The notes below the pieces were generated by a model. It made no database searches. It had not been told where the DNA came from and saw nothing but the letters and a program-made list of their open reading frames with translations. Positions 56,933 to 64,000 of a stretch of DNA of 64,000 bases are shown here, piece by piece. Every line of letters starts with the position of its first letter. The stretch's first letter is position 1. Position numbers and translations under genes: made by a program. The DNA is taken from the IMG/VR virus record IMGVR_UViG_3300029267_002747, positions 2,325 to 66,324 of that record; one strand, written 5' to 3'. This DNA comes from a virus.

Positions 56933-57233
56933 CGTCTTCTATACTTTCTTCATCGATATCCTCTAACTGTTCCAAAGCCATGGCCTCATGATAGGCTTCC
57001 TCTAATTCATCGAATGATGCAGTCATGTCTTTGTACTTGAGAATCACTTTGGTGCCTTGAGCGGTGAACTTAACAACTTCTTTGAAATGTTTATGGTCTG
57101 GATTATTCCGGACCAATTTGTACCGCATCCTCTCCACAGGATCGTCTAAATCAAATGTCTCAATATCCCAGACACCGTCTGTATCTCGAACCCTGTTTAA
57201 GGCATTCTCTATTTCTCTTGGCATTCCTGGCAT
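56925..57233 (-). CDS. small acidic protein between portal and RNAP
   Basis: 102-aa ORF overlapping the RNAP start. Confidence 0.7.
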   Translation of the reverse strand: MPGMPREIENALNRVRDTDGVWDIETFDLDDPVERMRYKLVRNNPDHKHFKEVVKFTAQGTKVILKYKDMTASFDELEEAYHEAMALEQLEDIDEESIEDDA

Positions 57234-57236
57234 AAT

Positions 57237-59249
57237 CTACTCCGTAGCAGTTCCGGGGCCCCGTCTTGGAGGAGCTACATTAGGGGATTGCATTTTGGAA
57301 ATGTTAGCTTGCTGAGATTTCATCTGAGCAGCCAACTGCTTAACCTGTCTGGCAACCAATCTGCTGACTGGATCTTTACTCTGTTCAAGGATCAACAACT
57401 CATTGTCGAAATGCGGGCCATTTCGAGTATTCATAAAAGTTTGAGCCTGAAGATTAATGAGCTCCTGACTCGGCATAACCGGGACCTGCTCAGGCCTGAT
57501 CTGTAATTCTGCCAGTCCCTGCATTACTTCAGGATCTCCTTCGTCTGTGGCCTGAGCCTGCTGGCCAGACATAGCTCCACCAGCTGCCTGAATAGCCGCT
57601 ATATCTGCCTCTCCCTGATCAATTTGGTCGAAGAGTTCGTCGATGTTAGGTATCTCACCTTCCTGGAGTTTCATTGTAGCCATCTGCTGAACGACGGCAG
57701 CTTTGATCTGGAAGGTCATTTGCTCTTTATTTACGTCATTCTGAATACCCGCCTCGATCATTCTCTGAGCTTTAAGATCTTCGTTCTGTAATTCCAATTC
57801 AACTTGGCGCTTTTTACGCTCTTCTTCGGCGTTCATCCCGAGACCTGATATCGCAGACTCCTGTGAAATGTATCCCTGAGCCGCAGCCTGGAATACCATC
57901 TGCTTCTGTTGGATATCGTCCGCCATCTTGAACATGACGTGTTTAATTTTCTCATCTGGCAGATTATAATAATGCCTGAGTCTTTCTGTGAGCCATTCCA
58001 GGAATTCATCTAGCAGGAATGTTATGTTCCTGAAATCATTCTCCAAAACTCTCAGCTCTACAGACCCGCCAGAATAATTAGCTCCCCCATACAGGAAGGA
58101 TGGGGTAACACCCTGGCCCAGAGCCAACAATCGACCGATATTATCAATCATCTCGAAGTTATTGATGTTCCTGTAGTCCCCACGAAGCTGTACCTGGTTC
58201 ACTGGGAACGGGGCAATGGCTACGTGGTTTGGATCTTTCCGCCATTGCTGGACATTCTTAGTCATCTCTCCACGCCAACGCGCAAGGTTAAAGTTCTTGA
58301 GCGGGTCGACTGTTGTTCCAACTGCGGGGGAAAGAAGAAGCCATGGGGAAATGTTTTCGACAGCCATAGCTTCCTGGGCTCTCCAGTGCGTGTGATAGAG
58401 CCACAGGTACTTAAATACCGGCATGAGAGGCACTTCTCCGAGGGCGTCGTCATCTCGTGAGAGGGAGTCCCACTTGAAGTGGAAGATTTGGTTCTTGCCG
58501 AGCTTGACGTTTTCTTCCTTACGGACTGCGTCGATGATGGCCAGGGGAACCTTTGACATGTAGAGTTTGGCCACTGCCTCATTTTCTGACTTAAGGCTGT
58601 TGACCAGGAACTTGGGTATGACATAGACATAGATGTAACTTTCAGTTAAAGGCTCGAAAATAGGATCTATGAACCGAGGATTTAATCTGATCAACTTGAG
58701 ATCATCAAAACTTGTGACCTCCTGGTCTTCGACTCGCATTTCACCTTTAAAGCCACAACCACCAGATTTAGGGTCGCAAAAAGCGATAAACTTAAGATCT
58801 TGTGGTGCCCACTCGATGTTGTCTATTATGTGTTCTTTTTTGCAATTGGGACAGATAAGCACGCGCTCAAATGGAAACAGAATCATCGCGTAAGCATTGC
58901 CGTAGACAAAATAGTCGAGTAAATATTGTTTTTCTCTTCTTTTGACCTGAAGTGTTCTTTCCAGGATATTTTTCCATTTTTCGGTTTGCCGTTCTTTTTC
59001 ACCCGGCACCGCCGAATAAATAATATCTGTCGTAACATACCCGGCAACTTTTCGCACAGCCTGATAGATAATCGGGTTCACCGTAAAAGCATACAAACCC
59101 CAGCGGTAAAGCTCTTTCATCGTACTCGGAATATAAGATTCTGATAGCGAGAAAAAAGGCGAGGGATAATTCATCCGAATACTTACGCCATCCTGACGTT
59201 GACTAGGAGTCCTGATTTGTCCTGGAGACTGAAGACCTACACCTGCCAT
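57237..59249 (-). CDS. portal protein with Zn-ribbon insertion
   Basis: LDYFVYGNAY, QIFHFK, LGEVPL, GVTPSFLYG portal-like motifs; Gln-rich C-terminus; CPNC...CDPKSGGC. Confidence 0.8.
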   Translation of the reverse strand: MAGVGLQSPGQIRTPSQRQDGVSIRMNYPSPFFSLSESYIPSTMKELYRWGLYAFTVNPIIYQAVRKVAGYVTTDIIYSAVPGEKERQTEKWKNILERTLQVKRREKQYLLDYFVYGNAYAMILFPFERVLICPNCKKEHIIDNIEWAPQDLKFIAFCDPKSGGCGFKGEMRVEDQEVTSFDDLKLIRLNPRFIDPIFEPLTESYIYVYVIPKFLVNSLKSENEAVAKLYMSKVPLAIIDAVRKEENVKLGKNQIFHFKWDSLSRDDDALGEVPLMPVFKYLWLYHTHWRAQEAMAVENISPWLLLSPAVGTTVDPLKNFNLARWRGEMTKNVQQWRKDPNHVAIAPFPVNQVQLRGDYRNINNFEMIDNIGRLLALGQGVTPSFLYGGANYSGGSVELRVLENDFRNITFLLDEFLEWLTERLRHYYNLPDEKIKHVMFKMADDIQQKQMVFQAAAQGYISQESAISGLGMNAEEERKKRQVELELQNEDLKAQRMIEAGIQNDVNKEQMTFQIKAAVVQQMATMKLQEGEIPNIDELFDQIDQGEADIAAIQAAGGAMSGQQAQATDEGDPEVMQGLAELQIRPEQVPVMPSQELINLQAQTFMNTRNGPHFDNELLILEQSKDPVSRLVARQVKQLAAQMKSQQANISKMQSPNVAPPRRGPGTATE

Positions 59250-59250
59250 G

Positions 59251-60198
59251 TTATGCTACCTCTTTCCACGATTTTCCTGTCACTATCGAACGGATATTTG
59301 CGGTCGATGTTTCGTACTTACGACCCAGTTCCGTCATAGATATACCATTCTGTTCATACAATGCCCGAATCTCTCGGACATCCTTTTCTGTCAATTTAGC
59401 TCTGTAATGAGAACTACCCGATGGCGATCGCCTTCCGTTATCAAAAGCGTGTTGCAAGTTCTCCGACCGAGTTGCCCACTCTAAGTTTTCGAGTCTGTTG
59501 TCGGCTCGATTCATGTTTTTATGGTTAACCGTTGATTTCTTGGACCCAGGTAAAAATGCCTCTGCCACCAATCTGTGGACAGACACTGTCTTAACAACAG
59601 TGTTGTGTCGAAGCTGCACGTTAAAGTAACCTTGTTTGTTTTGAAATGATTTTTTAATACTACCCGCCGCTGCTCTCTTGGAATACGATTCTCGCCGTAT
59701 CCGGCCTAAGGATGATACAGAGAAGACTTCAGAATACTCCTCAATAGGAACAGGAGCCCACACCTCAATTAAAAAATCCTTTTCAGAAAACACAGGAGCC
59801 ATATGATAGGGTCGTTGGTCCCCAGATACCGTTTTCTTCACATTCTTCATCGGGATAAGCCCGGCCTTAAATGCGTGCTTAGTGTTCTCAGATCGAGTGA
59901 CCCATTCCAAATTATCCAACACATTATTCGTTTTGTCTCCGTCAATGTGATTAACAACATGGTCTCGAGATGGCCGATTTAAAAAAGCTCTAGCCACCAG
60001 AGTATGCACTCTGACATGAAAGACTTTACCTAAAGTGCTTACAGCTACTCTGGGGTAACCTCCGGTGCAGTGAGATGGCTTGAGTTCTCTCCCACTTTTT
60101 TTACTCCACACCCTACCATCAGAGCTGACCAAATAATCCATTTCCTGATCGTCTATGACCACGGGTTTCCATTTCACTTTTGGACCTACTCCTGCCAT
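59251..60198 (-). CDS. free-standing homing endonuclease: tandem NUMOD4-HNH modules plus C-terminal HTH
   Basis: Two W.PV...VSS.GR...VH.LVA.AFL...VNH..(D/N)...N.L.NLEW.TRSEN..HA units; AKLTEKDVREIR...ELGRKY HTH. Confidence 0.9.
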   Translation of the reverse strand: MAGVGPKVKWKPVVIDDQEMDYLVSSDGRVWSKKSGRELKPSHCTGGYPRVAVSTLGKVFHVRVHTLVARAFLNRPSRDHVVNHIDGDKTNNVLDNLEWVTRSENTKHAFKAGLIPMKNVKKTVSGDQRPYHMAPVFSEKDFLIEVWAPVPIEEYSEVFSVSSLGRIRRESYSKRAAAGSIKKSFQNKQGYFNVQLRHNTVVKTVSVHRLVAEAFLPGSKKSTVNHKNMNRADNRLENLEWATRSENLQHAFDNGRRSPSGSSHYRAKLTEKDVREIRALYEQNGISMTELGRKYETSTANIRSIVTGKSWKEVA

Positions 60199-60241
60199 GG
60201 AAGATTCCTCTTTTCTGAAAAAATCAATCTATATCTACTCA

Positions 60242-60252
60242 AACGGTGTACA
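60242..60252 (-). promoter_or_regulatory. putative late promoter TGTACACCGTT
   Basis: 10/11 match, 43 nt upstream of ATG 60198. Confidence 0.55.
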
Positions 60253-60405
60253 AAAATCGAAGTATACCTACCAGCAACATTAAAGCTACTATAAGTAAAA
60301 ATATCCACCAGCGCCAATTGATTGGCTTGGAGTAAGAACGCCAAGGATCGGAATATTTTCTAAAATTCTTCGTGATATATCAAACGAAGCCGAAGGTAGA
60401 GTAAT

Positions 60406-61059
60406 TTAACTCTCAGAAGCATAATCTTCAATTTCAGCAAAGCGTAACGCTGAGTAAGTCTCCGGATCTTCGATTCCCTCAAGTGATTCGAAATCTTTTG
60501 CATGCCGTCTAATCACCTCAGCCATCTCTCGGGCATTTTTCAACCGAATTTTGTCTAAAGAAAAGTCACCGTCATCAAATTTTGCCATACTTGCAGGCAA
60601 ACCCAATAAATGCTCTTCTCTGACCAATCCATTCAAATATGCCGAGATACATGGGGCGAATTTCACACTGATCTGCATCTCAGATAACAAATTCTCAAGT
60701 TGGATATGCCCCCTAACAGCTATGGCTAAATCAGGAGCCTCATAGATATCCGGATTTGGGGCAGCCCCTCCTAATGCCATTATAACATTTTCGTAAGCGG
60801 CTGGAGACTCCATAACCGTTTTTGGTGAATTCACCACAGCGTTGACTGCTGCTACGGCATTAGCTGCTTCATCTGTAAAACTATGCTCTATCCCGAAAGG
60901 CTTGGCATCATCAAGAATCAAATAACGAATGGTTTCTGGGTCTAGTTCAGGATCTGGCCAATCCGGAATGTTACGCAAAGCGTCGAGAATCTCTCGAACA
61001 TCTATGTTCTGATCGACTCCCTCGTCATTCTGACCAAATACCTTATCCCAATCAGTCAT
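60406..61059 (-). CDS. hypothetical protein
   Basis: 217-aa acidic helical ORF with GAGGA SD. Confidence 0.72.
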   Translation of the reverse strand: MTDWDKVFGQNDEGVDQNIDVREILDALRNIPDWPDPELDPETIRYLILDDAKPFGIEHSFTDEAANAVAAVNAVVNSPKTVMESPAAYENVIMALGGAAPNPDIYEAPDLAIAVRGHIQLENLLSEMQISVKFAPCISAYLNGLVREEHLLGLPASMAKFDDGDFSLDKIRLKNAREMAEVIRRHAKDFESLEGIEDPETYSALRFAEIEDYASES

Positions 61060-61351
61060 TCGATTCGTCCTCGGGATTTTCCTCGACCGTAGGCATAGAA
61101 GCCGTTATTTCCTCGTAAGTTTGAAATTTGAGGTCGTTTTCTCTTGTTGTCCAATACCTATCCAAACCTCTCGGAAATGCCAACATGTCCTGGCCGATTA
61201 ACTTAATCTGCTGTGTAATTCCATCTACGACCACATGAACTGTAAGCTCTGTAGGATGTCCCGTATCACCATCTCTAGCTGTCACGGATGCGACCGATAC
61301 GTACCGGTATGGAATAATACATTCTTCACTTTCGAAAACTGCTCTGCTCAT
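61052..61351 (-). CDS. hypothetical protein
   Basis: 99-aa ORF in the operon. Confidence 0.68.
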   Translation of the reverse strand: MSRAVFESEECIIPYRYVSVASVTARDGDTGHPTELTVHVVVDGITQQIKLIGQDMLAFPRGLDRYWTTRENDLKFQTYEEITASMPTVEENPEDESND

Positions 61352-61362
61352 TTCAATCCATT

Positions 61363-61656
61363 CTATTCAGTTGGGAAATCAGGAAGGTCAGCCTTTGCTG
61401 CATCCCAGGCTGCCTTGTGTAATGTGAGCGCCGTATTGCTGTCCTCATTGTACTCTCCAGAATCGATAGCGATCTGAATCTGTGCCATGAGTCCTTCTAT
61501 CATTGTCTCAATACGGGCTTTTGTTCCAACAATTGTATCAGCTATACCCTTAGGGTCTGCCGCAACATACGCTGTCTGTGATTCGAGTAACCCCGACTTA
61601 TCACTGACGACCGCATCATAATTGGTTTTCGCTGTATCTAAACTTTTGTCACCCAT
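61363..61656 (-). CDS. hypothetical protein, possible fibre chaperone
   Basis: 97 aa with AAGGAG SD, directly after the fibre gene. Confidence 0.62.
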   Translation of the reverse strand: MGDKSLDTAKTNYDAVVSDKSGLLESQTAYVAADPKGIADTIVGTKARIETMIEGLMAQIQIAIDSGEYNEDSNTALTLHKAAWDAAKADLPDFPTE

Positions 61657-61667
61657 TATTTATCTCC

Positions 61668-64000
61668 TTATGCAAAGTCAGGAATTTCATACTTATCCCT
61701 GCAAATAATCCAAATTTCAACTTGACCAGCAGTTAAATTAGCTGCAACACTAACATCCCCTGAGTCCAAAATATCTGTTGTAATAGACGCATCAGCATCT
61801 GCTTGTTGTCCTACATACGGAATCTCATTGTGGTCAGTATTCTTTGTAAGCGTTCCACCAGAATCAAGTGTTGCAATAGCTGGTAGTGTACCTGCATCCC
61901 ACGCAAATGAAATCTTCTGTGGCAAATTACCTGAACTTACAGCATACGTTTCTTTTACCTTAAATGCCAAACCAACAAGCTCTGCTCCATCTGGAATCTG
62001 AATCGTTGTAGTCAGACTAGACTGAGCAACACCATGATTTTCAACCTCTTCTAACTTGTACAGAGAAATACCTTGATATGCCATCATATTGGCAACGTCA
62101 GCTATCATTCTCTGACCAACAGCAATTGCGTGTTCTGCTGTTGCGTGTGCCAAAGCACCTACTGCAACAGCTTCAGTTCCAGATGCAATAGTTTCTAGAC
62201 CAGATGAATTACCACCAATAGCTACAGAGTTAATAGCACTAGCATCTGAACCTCTACCTATCGCTACAGCTTGAGCACCACCAGAATCTGCGTCATAACC
62301 TAGAGCCACATTATAATTGGCATCTGCTCTTGAGTTAACCCCAATTCCTACCGATGAACTCCCGCTTACGTTAGGTGTATCTATCGCTATACCACCTGCT
62401 GATGCTGTTGCGCCATAACCAATCGCCACACCAGTGCTTGTTGAAGCGGCTCTTCCAAGTGCAACACCATCGCCAGTAGTGGCTGCATCATAACCAATTG
62501 CCACGCCGCCATTTCCAGCAGATGATGTACTTGCCCCAATCGCAATAGCGCCATCTTGGGTAACACTGGCTTGCGCACCAATAGCAATACCTGCTGCATT
62601 TGCTACAGAGGCTAAGTAACCAATTGAGACTGTGTTTGCAGCACTTGTGGCCGCTTGATTACCGATAGCAGTTGCTTGGTTTGAACCTGTAATAGAAACA
62701 CCAGAACCAATACCAACGCTCTTATTCTGACTAGCAGCAGCAGATTGACCAATCAAGATAGTGGTTTCGTCAACCGTCCCGCCTGAACCTGTATAAGTTG
62801 ACCCAGTACCAATAACAACAGCAGCGTTTCCACCTGTAGTACCATTACCAATTGCTACGCCAGCAACAGCAGATGAACCATAACCGACAACTACAGCGCC
62901 TGCGCCTGTTACAGAAGATGCGCCACCAACAATTACTACTCTGTTATTAGCTGAACATAATGAGTCAGCTCCTATGACTACAGAGCTTTCAGCCCCAGCC
63001 GCACGTCCTTGAGCGTTCTTACCAATTACGATAGCGCCATCAGAGCCGCTTGAAGGCCATAATGATGCTCCATTACCAATAATGACAGCGTTTAACGCAT
63101 CAGCAGTTACACCACGGCCAATAGCAATCGAATCATCAGAAGACGCAACAGCACCAGTTCCTATTGCAATTGCGTCATCACCAGAAACACTAACACCCTT
63201 TCCTATGGCAATACTTGCGTCTGTCGTAGCAAAAGTTGTATGCCCTATTGCAATAGCATATCCACCAGATACGTTATTTGCTATGGCAGTCTTACCAAGT
63301 GCAATTGAGCCAATAGCATGAGCTTGTGCTAAGTCACCTACAGCAACACTCTCTTCTAATGTTGTTGATGATGTACTTCCAATGGCTACCGAACTGTAAG
63401 CAGCATTCGTTGCTTGGTATCCAACAGCAACACTCTTCTGTGCTCCATCTGCTTCATAACCAATTACAACAGCTTGATCTTTATTTACAGGAGAACATTG
63501 CGCCATGTAACCAATAGCAATTGTTGTACTCTCTGGTGCGTTAGCTTCTCTTCCTATTGCAATACTGCGATTATTAGCTGCTGAGGCATTTGTACCAATA
63601 GCGATATTGTCATTTGCAGTAGTACCAGCACCGTCACCAAGTGCGATAGCGCCTGTACCAGCCGTACTTGCGCTATTACCAATCGAAATGGCTGTATCAT
63701 TGCCTGTGTTTGCACCGTTACCAATAGCAATGCTATCATCACCTACAGCTACTGTATTGTTACCATGAGCAACAGAATCATCACCATTTGCATCAGCACC
63801 TTCACCTATTGCAACCGCTCTAGCACCTGTAGCTGTTGGTGGAGTAGTAAGATTAGCGCCACCAATTAGGGCGTCCGTTCCTGCTCCGGGCTGCATTTCG
63901 CCACCAGCTCCGGTGGCCACTATTTGCCACGAAGCCCCATCATAAACCTTTTCTTTATTGATGGTAGTATTGAAGTATCTAAGGGATTTCTGTAGTCCCC
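61668..64000 (-). CDS. phage fibre/adhesin with YadA-head-like repeats (5'-truncated by window)
   Basis: Dozens of ~14-aa (A/S)(I/V)A(I/L)G repeats; frame stays open upstream of 63920 to the edge (..RYFNTTINKEKVYDGASWQIV..); no beta-barrel anchor. Confidence 0.85.
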   Translation of the reverse strand, partial: GLQKSLRYFNTTINKEKVYDGASWQIVATGAGGEMQPGAGTDALIGGANLTTPPTATGARAVAIGEGADANGDDSVAHGNNTVAVGDDSIAIGNGANTGNDTAISIGNSASTAGTGAIALGDGAGTTANDNIAIGTNASAANNRSIAIGREANAPESTTIAIGYMAQCSPVNKDQAVVIGYEADGAQKSVAVGYQATNAAYSSVAIGSTSSTTLEESVAVGDLAQAHAIGSIALGKTAIANNVSGGYAIAIGHTTFATTDASIAIGKGVSVSGDDAIAIGTGAVASSDDSIAIGRGVTADALNAVIIGNGASLWPSSGSDGAIVIGKNAQGRAAGAESSVVIGADSLCSANNRVVIVGGASSVTGAGAVVVGYGSSAVAGVAIGNGTTGGNAAVVIGTGSTYTGSGGTVDETTILIGQSAAASQNKSVGIGSGVSITGSNQATAIGNQAATSAANTVSIGYLASVANAAGIAIGAQASVTQDGAIAIGASTSSAGNGGVAIGYDAATTGDGVALGRAASTSTGVAIGYGATASAGGIAIDTPNVSGSSSVGIGVNSRADANYNVALGYDADSGGAQAVAIGRGSDASAINSVAIGGNSSGLETIASGTEAVAVGALAHATAEHAIAVGQRMIADVANMMAYQGISLYKLEEVENHGVAQSSLTTTIQIPDGAELVGLAFKVKETYAVSSGNLPQKISFAWDAGTLPAIATLDSGGTLTKNTDHNEIPYVGQQADADASITTDILDSGDVSVAANLTAGQVEIWIICRDKYEIPDFA

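Noticed and set aside
59251-60198. Group I intron carrying the HNH
   Set aside because: The ORF fills the whole interval between the repeats; there is no room for, or sign of, P/Q/R/S core elements.

Overview
This window is a segment of a large tailed-phage genome (contractile-tailed, standard genetic code, no tRNA or CRISPR seen). The + strand from 1 to 26230 is an early/replication arm: MoxR/CobS-like AAA+ ATPase with a vWA partner, ParB-like protein, Gp157-like protein, DnaB helicase, primase, SSB, family A DNA polymerase, RecA, resolvase-like nuclease, SF2 helicase, Cas4-like nuclease and a sigma70-family factor. The - strand from 26231 to 64000 is a virion morphogenesis arm: tail tube, sheath, neck, major capsid protein, prohead protease, terminase, spike, portal, HNH endonuclease and a YadA-repeat fibre. 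A fused beta-beta' multisubunit RNA polymerase carrying a LAGLIDADG intein sits inside this arm. The strongest leads are: (1) about ten head-module proteins share a recurring K-x-A motif, probably the prohead-protease site, and several carry glycine-rich hydrophobic tails after the last site, suggesting a maturation/ejection system possibly linked to a virion RNAP; (2) a canonical -1 frameshift signal extends the SSB; (3) a phage-specific late promoter TGTATACCGTT occurs four times; (4) an HNH gene has captured and duplicated the portal start (MAGVG); (5) two intergenic regions look like structured ncRNAs. All calls are by-eye motif recognition; no database search or folding program was run.
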